A stretch of DNA of 64,000 bases from Thermodesulfovibrionales bacterium (GTDB lineage: Bacteria > Nitrospirota > Thermodesulfovibrionia > Thermodesulfovibrionales > SM23-35), in NCBI GenBank assembly GCA_963715195.1, contig CAVQRT010000008.1, forward strand, positions 45,268 to 109,267, given 5' to 3'. Both the position numbers and the translations under genes were made by a program. How positions within the stretch are numbered: the stretch's first letter is position 1; the number at the start of each line of letters is the position of its first letter. Of this stretch, positions 29,829-38,793 are shown piece by piece. The notes beneath the pieces are model-generated. The model did no database searches, had not been told where the DNA came from, and saw only the letters and a program-made list of their open reading frames with translations.

Positions 29829-31679
29829 AAAAAATCTTCATTGCCGTTACGGCTTCTGCAATCATCGCTTTTACCGTCTACAGTCTTGTTGTTATTTACC
29901 GGACATTCATGATATCACGGGAACAGAAAATCGCTGTCCTTATCGCATACAATCCGTCACTCAGCAATAAATATCCGCATATTCTGAAAGCATATAAGAG
30001 CGTTCTCGAAGAAGAAGGAGTTCCATACGAGGAAGTGAGTGCATATATACTGCCTTCCCTTCAGACTGATCAGATAATCAGGACCAAGCCGGTAATCATT
30101 TTCCCCGATTCGATTGCCCAGACTCTGCCTGAAAATCTCAGGGTATGGGTTCAGGAGTATCTGAAGAAGGGGGGATACGTTGCGGTCGTTTATGACGCCG
30201 GGATCCGGGCAGCGAAAGGATACTACCTGCACGAAGCAATATTTTCCCGTATTACCGGTGTTAACTACATAACGTATGACAAATTTTCTGACGAAACCTA
30301 TACGCTGGGATATATAAAAGTGGGCGGAAAGGAGAGCCTCGACTTTTTTCAGGTGCCTTCGGGAAAGATAGACGAAGGTCTCCTGCTCGGCGGCTATGCG
30401 TATGGCAAGCTTGAGTATCCGGTCACAAGGAATGAACTTCTCGACGCTATCCCTAAGGATGAGATATATGCCTCTGCGATAACGCAGAGCGGTGAACAGT
30501 TCCCTGCTCTCGTCATGCGAGACGTTGGCCTGGGCAAGGTGCTGTATGTCAATCTTCCCCTTGGACATCTGAAAGCTCATTCAGACGACCTCCCTTTGCG
30601 GTCAATCATCAGAACATTTCTGTTTAAAGTAGTGAAAATACCGCATCTGCTGAACACCTATGATGGCAAGGGCGGACTCGTCATCAACTGGCATATCGAC
30701 GCAAGTCTGGACTGGAAGAGCATCCTGATGATGCTCGAAAAACAGTATCTCAGAGAGAGCTTGCAGTACTCCATGCATATTACCGCAGGGAACTTCCGGG
30801 ATGAACCCGGAGACGGGCTGGGATTTGACGCATGCGGGGGTGGCAAACCTTATGTCCAAGATGATCCTGCCATACGGTTCGATCGGGTCCCATGGCGGAT
30901 GGGCGCATAACTGGTTTGCGAATAATATTGCGGAAAAAAAATTCGGGGAACGGGAAATCTATGAACAGATCAGGAGGAACAATGAGTGCCTTGCGAGTGT
31001 AACCGGATACGATGTAAAAGAGTACGCAGCACCGAATGGAATTCATCCCCAGCCGGTCACGACCAGAGTTCTCGAAAACCTGAATATCGGTGCTTATTAC
31101 TATACCGGTGATACAGGATCTGCACCAAACCGGACATTCATCGACGGAAAGATGATCTCTGATACCGTGATTGCCTTCCCGATCATGCCTTTTGGAAAAT
31201 CGGCTTCCCTCAGTGAGATGAAACGTTCCCAAAAGACCGAGGAAGACGTAATAAAATGGCTTTTTCAGACCGTTGATTTTGTCGTGAAGAACCGGACGGT
31301 ACGACTCGTTTATTCTCACCCGTATGATATTTACCAGTATCCTGCAGGACTCAAATTATTCCTGGACTATGCCGAGGAACTGCAGAATGAAGGCAGACTC
31401 GCGGTTCAGCCGATGAGTTTTTTTGCAGAATTTCTTTTCCGGTTTTTAAAGACAGACGCTTCCTTTGAGGTTCAAAAAAACAGGATGGTCATACACCTGA
31501 AAAATCCGGAAGGTCTGGATGGGATTACTATTGCTGTCCCCAAACACATATGTAAAACACCGACTGCAGATCTTATTGCCCAGGATGATGAGGATTACTA
31601 CTACCTTACGGTTGCAGGAAATGATTCAGAAAAAGTATTGTCCTGTGATATCATTAACGCGTATTCATTCGGGAGATGA
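29825..31679 (+). CDS. Periplasmic polysaccharide deacetylase-like protein (one frameshift near 30850)
   Basis: WHID, GSHGGWAHN, YAAPNG and YSHP NodB-like motifs across two ORF fragments. Confidence 0.7.
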
Positions 31680-32893
31680 GCATGAAAATATTTATCGTAT
31701 TCGGGACAAGACCGGAAGCTATAAAGCTCGCGCCCCTCATTCATGAACTCAAGAAAAGCTTTGATGTCCGGGTCGTTTCATCAGGTCAGCATCTTGAACT
31801 GACAGAGCAAGTGATTGATTTTTTCAGTTTGCGACCCAACTACATGTTCGGGTGCATGACGAAGAAACCCGATCTCGAGAAACTCTACATGTGTATCGCC
31901 ATGAATATACGGGGGTTGATCGATCACGAAGACCCTGACCTGATCATCGTCCAGGGGGATACCCTGACCTCATTTGCTACGGCTTTTGTCGGATTTCTGC
32001 TCAAGAAACCGGTCTTTCACCTTGAAGCAGGCTTGAGGACGCTGAAAAAGTTCCTGCCGTATCCTGAAGAGATGCTGAGATTGCTCCTGAGCAGGATTGC
32101 TGATGTCCATTTCACTCCTACCAAACAAGCTGCCAGGAATCTCATTGCTGAAGGAATCAGACAGGACAGGATACTCGTTACGGGCAATACTGTTGTAGAT
32201 GCCTTATTCCTTGCGGAGACTCTTATTGATGAAAAACGGGTGTTCAACGATCTGTCACTCAACGGTGCCGATGGCGGGATACTCATGGGCAGTAAAAAAC
32301 TCGTGCTTATCACCTCTCACCGGAGGGAGAACATTGGAGAGCCTTTAAAAAACATCTGCAAAGCAGTCAAGGAACTCGCACGAAAATATAAAGATACTAT
32401 TTTCCTTTGGTCTCTGCACAAGAATATCAAAGTCCGGAATATTGTCTTCGAAGTTATGAAGACCAGACCGAAAAACCTCATCGTTACTGAAGCATTTACC
32501 TATGAAACCATGGTGTTTCTGATAAAAAGATCGCATGTCTTGATGACAGATTCAGGAGGGGTACAGGAAGAAGCTCCTGCATTCGGCAAACCGGTAATAA
32601 TTTTAAGAGATACAACTGAACGGCCTGAAGTCATTCAGGCAGGGTTTGGATTCCTTGCGGGCTGCAGCGAGGAAAAAATCATACAGATCTTTACACGGAT
32701 TTACAACGATACTGCTATTCATAAACGCCTTTCAAGGAAGCCGAATCCGTTCGGAGACGGAAAGGCATCCGAGAGAATACATCAATTTCTTCAGCTTGGG
32801 AGAGTCCGGTCCTTTATAAAGAATTATCCCTCATCGGCTGAAGATACCTTGTGGGAGAAAGGAAAACCTGCTCTGAAGGAGGAAAAAAAGTGA
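31676..32893 (+). CDS. wecB: UDP-GlcNAc 2-epimerase (non-hydrolysing)
   Basis: GTRPEAIK, QGDT, HLEAGLR, HRREN, TDSGGVQEEA. Confidence 0.95.
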   Translation: MSMKIFIVFGTRPEAIKLAPLIHELKKSFDVRVVSSGQHLELTEQVIDFFSLRPNYMFGCMTKKPDLEKLYMCIAMNIRGLIDHEDPDLIIVQGDTLTSFATAFVGFLLKKPVFHLEAGLRTLKKFLPYPEEMLRLLLSRIADVHFTPTKQAARNLIAEGIRQDRILVTGNTVVDALFLAETLIDEKRVFNDLSLNGADGGILMGSKKLVLITSHRRENIGEPLKNICKAVKELARKYKDTIFLWSLHKNIKVRNIVFEVMKTRPKNLIVTEAFTYETMVFLIKRSHVLMTDSGGVQEEAPAFGKPVIILRDTTERPEVIQAGFGFLAGCSEEKIIQIFTRIYNDTAIHKRLSRKPNPFGDGKASERIHQFLQLGRVRSFIKNYPSSAEDTLWEKGKPALKEEKK

Positions 32894-33693
32894 AAACAGT
32901 GTTTGCGCTATTTCTGTCCCTCTGCATTTCCATGGCGGTCTTTACGGGGGTTTCTGCAGCGCAGGATGGAGAACAAAAAACGCGTCGTCTTGAGGCCTCC
33001 TATTTATATGAGCATCTCACTCCCCATGATATCTACGGATCATGGCATTCGCTTAATCTGGCATACTACGATCAGTTGAGACGGGATCTTACATACTTCA
33101 TCAGGCTCGGTGCCTTTTCCAGGGATGAGGGCGATGCGGTGCTGGGCAATGCGGGTGCCTACAAGGATTGGAGTCCCAGCATGTATACCTTTTCATCCAT
33201 CTCTGTGGGTTCAAACTCTGAATACTTACCCCAGATCAGAATAGACCATGACTTTAATTTCAAGTTTGGGCCTTCAAAAAGTATCGTATGGCTTCTCGGG
33301 GCTTCCTACATTGATTATTATGATGTACATGAAGACTTCATCCTCTCAACCGGAATTGTCTGGTACGCAGATGAATGGATACTGAATTATCGGCTCTTCA
33401 GGAATAACAGCAGTCCCGGGAGTGTTGTTTCCTATTCGCATCTCATAAGCACCGGGTACGGAAGAGAGAAATGGCAATGGACTTATTTGAATCTCTCCTT
33501 TGGGAAGCAGGCCTATTATGCCACACAACTGACGAATCCTGAGGAGGTGGCGCAGAGTTCCCTGTTCGCCGGCCTGGTACACCGGCGGTGGCTCGGAAAG
33601 GATTACGGTGTTTTTTTCGATATCAGCTTTTTCAAGTTGAATAACGGGTATGAGAAATACAGCTTCTCACCGGGGGTATTCAAAGAATTTTAA
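32890..33693 (+). CDS. YaiO-like outer-membrane beta-barrel
   Basis: Signal peptide, aromatic-rich amphipathic strands, terminal F; last gene of the EPS operon. Confidence 0.7.
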   Translation: MKTVFALFLSLCISMAVFTGVSAAQDGEQKTRRLEASYLYEHLTPHDIYGSWHSLNLAYYDQLRRDLTYFIRLGAFSRDEGDAVLGNAGAYKDWSPSMYTFSSISVGSNSEYLPQIRIDHDFNFKFGPSKSIVWLLGASYIDYYDVHEDFILSTGIVWYADEWILNYRLFRNNSSPGSVVSYSHLISTGYGREKWQWTYLNLSFGKQAYYATQLTNPEEVAQSSLFAGLVHRRWLGKDYGVFFDISFFKLNNGYEKYSFSPGVFKEF

Positions 33694-34163
33694 TACTGCA
33701 GGAAGAGGCGGGGAGCGTGTTCATACACAAGATGCAATTGATAGAGCAGGACCGACGCATAGAGCGTTATTGAACAGGCCAGAGCGATGTTGGAAAACCT
33801 GAAGCTTCTGAGAATGCAGAAAATAATGAGGGAAACGGTCATCAACGCATATTTTACCCAGAAAAACGGTACATGCCCGTAATCCAGGCAAAAAGCCATG
33901 AAGGGATTCGCTTCAACGATAATGTTTTCACTGATCAGCAGGAGCGTCAGGTAACCGTCCATCACATTCATGATGAGGAGCGCGAAGATCGCGATAAAAA
34001 GACGCGTATCATACAGGTCGAAAAAAATATGTTTTCTCCTGTCGTGCTTTCTCCTGACGGCCCTCCGGCGGCCACCCCTGAATGTATATCTGCTCAGGAA
34101 CGGGGTCGGTTTGACACGCCTGTCGGTTCCGTATCTTTTGTCGTCTACGGTGTCATTCATCAT
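33690..34163 (-). CDS. DUF5658-like membrane protein
   Basis: Arg-rich N-terminus (DRR, GRRR), D-x-x-LT and EANP motifs, TMs; true start likely 34163 since the ORF-track extension runs through a repeat. Confidence 0.65.
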   Translation of the reverse strand: MMNDTVDDKRYGTDRRVKPTPFLSRYTFRGGRRRAVRRKHDRRKHIFFDLYDTRLFIAIFALLIMNVMDGYLTLLLISENIIVEANPFMAFCLDYGHVPFFWVKYALMTVSLIIFCILRSFRFSNIALACSITLYASVLLYQLHLVYEHAPRLFLQY

Positions 34164-34181
34164 GAAATCTCTTAGAATGTC

Positions 34182-34205
34182 TGTCATTCCCGCTTGTCGG
34201 GAATT
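34182..34205. repeat. GTCAT-tagged palindrome, solo (copy C)
   Basis: TGTCATTCCCGCTTGTCGGGAATT. Confidence 0.7.
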
Positions 34206-34544
34206 CTTCCGATTTCCCGCTCTGAAGAGGGGATAACGGGGTGTGGTTACCCCTTTTTCGCACCCGGTCACCCAGCGATCTAACAGATCATTCGTTCGGG
34301 GAACAAGCCTGCAATGGTGCCTTAGATGTAAGGCTGCTTAATCCTTCCTCTCTCGTTTTCTCAAGAGCGATCAGAGATTACCGTATACCGCAGTGGCGGT
34401 TCCCCGAACGGTCTGAACCAGATGGTTCTTTCCTTTATAATACGAATTGTTTCCGGCCTGTCAAGATGCAAAGGGATTGAACAGGAATGATAAAGGTTTT
34501 ATGGATCGTTAAAACTAAAGTTTGAATCGGATAGTGAGCGCATT

Positions 34545-34636
34545 CCTCGCAGCTTGCTGCGGGGTTAGCGAGCGAATATGGAAATAATAACTCCTTGCGA
34601 TAAGATACCTCGCAGCTCTGCTGCGGGGTTCTTCAT
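34545..34636 (+). mobile_element. Putative IS200/IS605-type non-autonomous element (PATE-like)
   Basis: Directly repeated hairpins CCTCGCAGCTTGCTGCGGGG (34545-64) and CCTCGCAGCTCTGCTGCGGGG (34608-28), ending GTTCTTCA. Confidence 0.55.
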
Positions 34637-34646
34637 TGTGTAAAGA

Positions 34647-35420
34647 TTACTTCGTGGTGATGTAGGTGTTCAGCCCCATAAGAGTCCTGATCTCCTGGGC
34701 GCGCAGTTTAGCTTTTTCCATCTCAGTAAACTCCCCAACCTGGACCTTGTGAACAGTTTCGCCGTTTTCGGATGTTACTGTGGTTAAGCTAACATCGTAT
34801 CCATTGTTATCCAGCTTCTCCTGAAGCCCTTTTGCATTGAGGAGGTTTTTGAAGGCACCGACCTGAACAGTATATATTTTCTTCCCGATATCTGTGGGCC
34901 TCTGTACAGATTCATTTGCTGCTTCATCGGTATCCTCCGGAGCCTTCACCTGTTCCGTTTCTGCGGGCAAGGGTAAATCAGCCGGCTCCTCAGCTTCATC
35001 TAATAAATCATTCTCTTCCGCAATCTCCTCTTCCGACATTTTCTGCCGGCATTTCGCAATACTCTCGAGCAGGGATTTTACCCGCGGATGATCAGCGCCA
35101 AATGATGGTTCAGTTATTTTCTTTGACCGTTCATAGAGGGCTGCTGCTTCCGCATATTTCCCCTGAGCATAGTAAATGACTGCCAGGTTGTTCAGAAAAG
35201 GTGCTATCTGGTGATTGTCAGCACCCATGGTTTCCTCTGCAATCTTGAGAGCGCGTTCGGATAGCTCAGCGGCCTCATCGTATTTCCCTTGCTCGTACAG
35301 GCTCACAACCGTGTCATTGAGGACCTTCAAGGTCTCACCGTCTGCAGAGACAGCAGAGTTGAAGATGAGAAGAAAGGAAAGAGCAATGATCGTTCGTAAA
35401 AAGGTATGTTTATTATTCAT
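34647..35420 (-). CDS. Exported TPR + SPOR domain protein
   Basis: Signal peptide, kinesin-light-chain-like TPRs (LNNLA), YTVQVGAF SPOR domain. Confidence 0.85.
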   Translation of the reverse strand: MNNKHTFLRTIIALSFLLIFNSAVSADGETLKVLNDTVVSLYEQGKYDEAAELSERALKIAEETMGADNHQIAPFLNNLAVIYYAQGKYAEAAALYERSKKITEPSFGADHPRVKSLLESIAKCRQKMSEEEIAEENDLLDEAEEPADLPLPAETEQVKAPEDTDEAANESVQRPTDIGKKIYTVQVGAFKNLLNAKGLQEKLDNNGYDVSLTTVTSENGETVHKVQVGEFTEMEKAKLRAQEIRTLMGLNTYITTK

Positions 35421-35512
35421 TTGAACCCCCTCTGTGTGTCCCTGAGCTTGTCGAAGGGTCTCGTTGTTTTCACTTGGACCCTTGGACCCCTCTGAATCCT
35501 CGAATCCTACTT

Positions 35513-36223
35513 TTATATCTTGCCCACCCGTCCCCGAATTTTCAGGAGATCGAAAAACATCTGCACGGAATCCGTCAGCGGGTTCACCTTCGACTGCGGT
35601 GAATTGACCCATGTGATCGGAACCTCGCGGACCCTGTAGCCGTTTTTCTTTGCGAGGGCAAGGATTTCAACATCATAGGCAAACCGGTTTATCCGCGCCT
35701 GCTTGAACAGGCTCCTTGCACTTTCACCGGTAAACAATTTGAACCCGCACTGCGTGTCATCAAACTCGTCTATGACCAGGGTTTTCACAATCTTATTGAA
35801 TAATTTACCCATGTTCTGACGCCACCATGGCTGTTTCTTTAGGATCTGGCTGAGGGCGAGCGCCCTCGAACCAATGGCGATGTCACACGTATTATTATGA
35901 ACGAAATGCAATAATTTGGAAAGTTCCTCAATAGGTGTGGAGAGGTCAGCGTCTGTCAGGAGCACAAAATCCCCTTTCGACGAGAGAACCCCCGTTCTCA
36001 GGGCATATCCTTTCCCCATATTGGTATCGTAGCCGATGACGTTCAGTTGGGGGATTTGGGGAATTTTTTCTGTCGCAACCCGGCGCGTATTATCTTTACT
36101 GCCGTCATCAACAACAATGATTTCGCATTCCATGTTTTTGGAATTGCAGAAATCCCGGATGGCAAACAGGGAAGGGATGATCCTCTTCTCTTCGTTGTAT
36201 GCAGCAACGATAATCGAAATCAT
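35513..36223 (-). CDS. Polyprenyl-phosphate glycosyltransferase (DPG-synthase-like GT2)
   Basis: AYNEEKRI, DDGSKD, GKGYA, DADLSTP, DTQCGFK. Confidence 0.9.
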   Translation of the reverse strand: MISIIVAAYNEEKRIIPSLFAIRDFCNSKNMECEIIVVDDGSKDNTRRVATEKIPQIPQLNVIGYDTNMGKGYALRTGVLSSKGDFVLLTDADLSTPIEELSKLLHFVHNNTCDIAIGSRALALSQILKKQPWWRQNMGKLFNKIVKTLVIDEFDDTQCGFKLFTGESARSLFKQARINRFAYDVEILALAKKNGYRVREVPITWVNSPQSKVNPLTDSVQMFFDLLKIRGRVGKI

Positions 36224-36364
36224 GATGGGAAGTATTATATAGGATTTTAGGCAACTAAGAATCAACAAAAAACAGTAGGCAGTAGATGGTAGGTAGTAAA
36301 CAGGAAAAAACAAAAACTATAACAAAACAGAAAAAACCAACAGATGAGAACCGACAGCTATTCC

Positions 36365-36637
36365 TTAAAACGCAATTCCGACCTTGTACTGATTATGCTG
36401 CTTGAGGCACCATTTGATCCGGCTGTCCTTTGGAGCATCCCAGATGTGGTCCAGATCGACCTGAAGGTTAAAGTCTTTTTTCAGAGGGATGTTTACATAG
36501 AAGCTCAGCCCCGAGTCACTAAGATCATGTGTCGAACTTTTCCCGGTAATCGTCTCATGGTCAATGCTGTAGGTATACGTAACCGGCAGATTCACGTTCA
36601 ATCTTTTTTCAGCCCTTCTTTCTTTCAGAAGAAGCAT
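36365..36637 (-). CDS. Stand-alone PilZ-domain protein
   Basis: RRAEKR and DLSDSG c-di-GMP motifs; start at 36637 after an AAAGGGGG SD. Confidence 0.85.
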   Translation of the reverse strand: MLLLKERRAEKRLNVNLPVTYTYSIDHETITGKSSTHDLSDSGLSFYVNIPLKKDFNLQVDLDHIWDAPKDSRIKWCLKQHNQYKVGIAF

Positions 36638-36736
36638 ACTTCCTCCCCCCTTCTGTTTTTCTTTATATATTTCTTTATATCTACTTATAAAAAAGCACAA
36701 AATTATACATTTGTCAACTAAATTTATTAAAAAACA

Positions 36737-36872
36737 GGGTTCAAGGGGTCGAGGGTTCAAGGATCGAGGGTTCAAAAGATTCGAGGATTCAAGTGAAAAC
36801 AACGAGATCCTTCGACATTCTCAGGATGACACACAGAGAAGGCTCAAGGATTCAGGGGGTTAAGGGGTTCGA
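36737..36872. repeat. Degenerate ~8-bp tandem repeat (GGTTCAAG/GATTCGAG)
   Basis: Repeated GGGTTCAAGG-like units; inverted counterparts at 35474-35508 and 38752-38787. Confidence 0.7.
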
Positions 36873-37026
36873 GCCTGATTGTTATGGATTTCTTGGGTTT
36901 TTTAACAAACCGTATCTTCGCTGATTCTGTATCCTTATGATAATCCTCAAAACTGTGCTTATCCCAAAACTCTGCAGTTTCTTTGTCTGTCTTGAATACC
37001 GGTATCTTTTTCATTTCATTTACCAA
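36844..37026 (-). pseudogene. Truncated CopG/BrnA-like antitoxin
   Basis: KKIPVFKT..AEFWD..KKSITIRL, then runs into the tandem repeat (LEPLNPLNP). Confidence 0.6.
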
Positions 37027-37130
37027 CTCAATTCAAAATATTTCTTTTCCCATACATTCATGTCTCTTGCTGTCGAGAGAATCCAATAAGAGGCTCTTTT
37101 TATGCCGAAAGCCTTTTCGAAAAGCTGTTG

Positions 37131-37436
37131 TTATCTGTCCGGCGCGGGCATTTTTTTCTTTTTCATTTTATCTAAGAGTCTCTTCCTGATTGGTTCTGCT
37201 TCTGTCTGAATCGTTGCGATTTGCTCTTTCACCGACATGTGCTTCCTTCTCTCATAACTTTTTTCTCTAATCGCATGAATCTGTTTCATGGTTTTTGATT
37301 CATTCATTGTTGTCCTCCTGAATCCAGCTTTGAGAATATCCCAAAACTGTTTTGTTACCTCCCGCTTTTCCGGTGAATCATCTGCGAAGAGGAATGAAGG
37401 CACAGACGTATCGAGATATAATTTTGTCTTCTTCAC
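37131..37436 (-). pseudogene. PIN-domain toxin N-terminal fragment fused in frame to a small basic ORF (37131..37307)
   Basis: LYLDTSV PIN start truncated after ~36 aa, then MNESKTMKQIHAIREK. Confidence 0.55.
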
Positions 37437-37494
37437 TAATTGATCTCCTGTCTAATTTTACCATTTTTTGACCTCACTCTTTGAGGATTAATAA

Positions 37495-37669
37495 GAACCT
37501 ATCTCAAAATAGGTGTTCTGTGTTTTCTTGTCATTCCGGGCTTGACCCGGAATCCAGTGACTTTGCCTTTTTATTATATAAAAACAAAGAGTTATGAATT
37601 GCCAATTCAATATACTACAGTCGCTGGATACCGGCCTTCGCCGGTATGACTTAATTTTGAGATAGGTTC
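37495..37669. mobile_element. 175-bp MITE with 16-bp TIRs enclosing a GTCAT-repeat dimer (copy D)
   Basis: GAACCTATCTCAAAAT (37495-510) / ATTTTGAGATAGGTTC (37654-69); inner palindromes at 37529-57 and 37624-50. Confidence 0.75.
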
Positions 37670-37862
37670 AAGATAAAATTGACGGCAGATATTATATTTG
37701 TGAGGGTTTGAAGACTGGTGAATTCAGTAGGAAGAATCCTGGAGGCCTTCATAGCAGGTATTATATATACACACTACAAAAGAATCTTAACAATCACTAT
37801 TGCAGTAGAACAGTAAATTGCATAAAATATGATTATCAGATTTTAAGGAACAAGCAAGAACT

Positions 37863-38024
37863 CCCTGTGCTCTTGGCGCAGGGATGAATTGCTTCCTCAT
37901 CTGTGTCATTGCCCGACTTGATCGGGCAATCCAGAGAAAAGGAACTGGATTCTCCGGTCAAGCCGGAGAATGACAGTATTGAGTTTGACTTTTACGCCCT
38001 GCGCTCTTGGCGCAGGGTTCTTAA
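37863..38024 (+). mobile_element. PATE-like element enclosing a GTCAT-repeat dimer (copy E)
   Basis: Hairpins CCCTG(T/C)GCTCTTGGCGCAGGG at 37863-83 and 37997-38017, ending GTTCTTAA; inner dimer at 37904-34 / 37945-75. Confidence 0.65.
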
Positions 38025-38036
38025 CGGAGGTCAATA

Positions 38037-38318
38037 ATGGGAAAAACAATCAGCGCAACCGAAGCAGCACGAGCTTTTTCTGAAATTATTAATTCCGTCA
38101 AATATAAAGGCGAGAGTTATACGATTATCAGAGGAGGCAAGCCCGCTGCCGTCATTGTGCCGGTCAAGGCAGCAACTTCCGGTCGGATACTTAGGGAACT
38201 GCGGGCTATTATTAACAATTTGCCTAAGCTTGGGAAAGATGCCGAGAGGTTCTTAGAGGATGTTGAAGAGGATTTTAAATCTCAGCCGCCTCTCCCGGAG
38301 ATGACGGCATGGGAGTGA
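38037..38318 (+). CDS. Phd/YefM-family antitoxin
   Basis: ISATEAARAFSEII..TIIRGGKPAAVIVP; overlaps the toxin gene. Confidence 0.88.
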   Translation: MGKTISATEAARAFSEIINSVKYKGESYTIIRGGKPAAVIVPVKAATSGRILRELRAIINNLPKLGKDAERFLEDVEEDFKSQPPLPEMTAWE

Positions 38319-38710
38319 TATTTGATACAAGCGAAATCATTGCAATTGAGCGCAAAAGTCACGATATTTACCGTATTGTTGAGGGCCGCGAGGACGAACA
38401 GTTCGGCATAAGCGTTATAACGGTTGCTGAGTTGCTCCATGGGATCGAACGTGCTGATACACACACCCGGAAAATAAAACGGCAGGCATTTGTGGAGAAG
38501 GTTATCGAATTCTTTCCGGTCTTTCCGATGGATATTGCAGTCGCAAGAACGTATGCGAGGCTTTGGGGATCACTTTCTTTACAGGGCATCACTGTTGGAA
38601 GTCATGATCTCATCATAGCAGCAACTGCCCTCTCGATGGACTATACGATTATTACAGCAAACACAAGAGACTTCAGAAAGATAGAAGGATTAAAGTTTGA
38701 GACCCTGTGA
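38309..38710 (+). CDS. vapC: VapC-type PIN toxin
   Basis: FDTS, TVAELLHG, DLIIAATA, TANTRDF. Confidence 0.9.
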   Translation: MGVIFDTSEIIAIERKSHDIYRIVEGREDEQFGISVITVAELLHGIERADTHTRKIKRQAFVEKVIEFFPVFPMDIAVARTYARLWGSLSLQGITVGSHDLIIAATALSMDYTIITANTRDFRKIEGLKFETL

Positions 38711-38793
38711 GAGTCTGGGAATCCTTGTTCCCTGTTTTTTCTATTTTTACACTTGACCCCTTGAATCCTTGGACCCCTTGAATCCTGTTTTTT

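Noticed and set aside
28812..31679. Programmed frameshifting in the EPS genes
   Set aside because: No clear slippery site with a stimulator was seen; indel error is simpler given the rest of the window
35421..35612. N-terminal extension of the TPR-SPOR ORF
   Set aside because: It runs through repeats and overlaps the GT2 gene; the signal peptide begins at 35420
36737..36872. CRISPR array (also considered for 59091-59275 and the GTCAT repeats)
   Set aside because: No constant repeat with unique regularly sized spacers, and no cas genes
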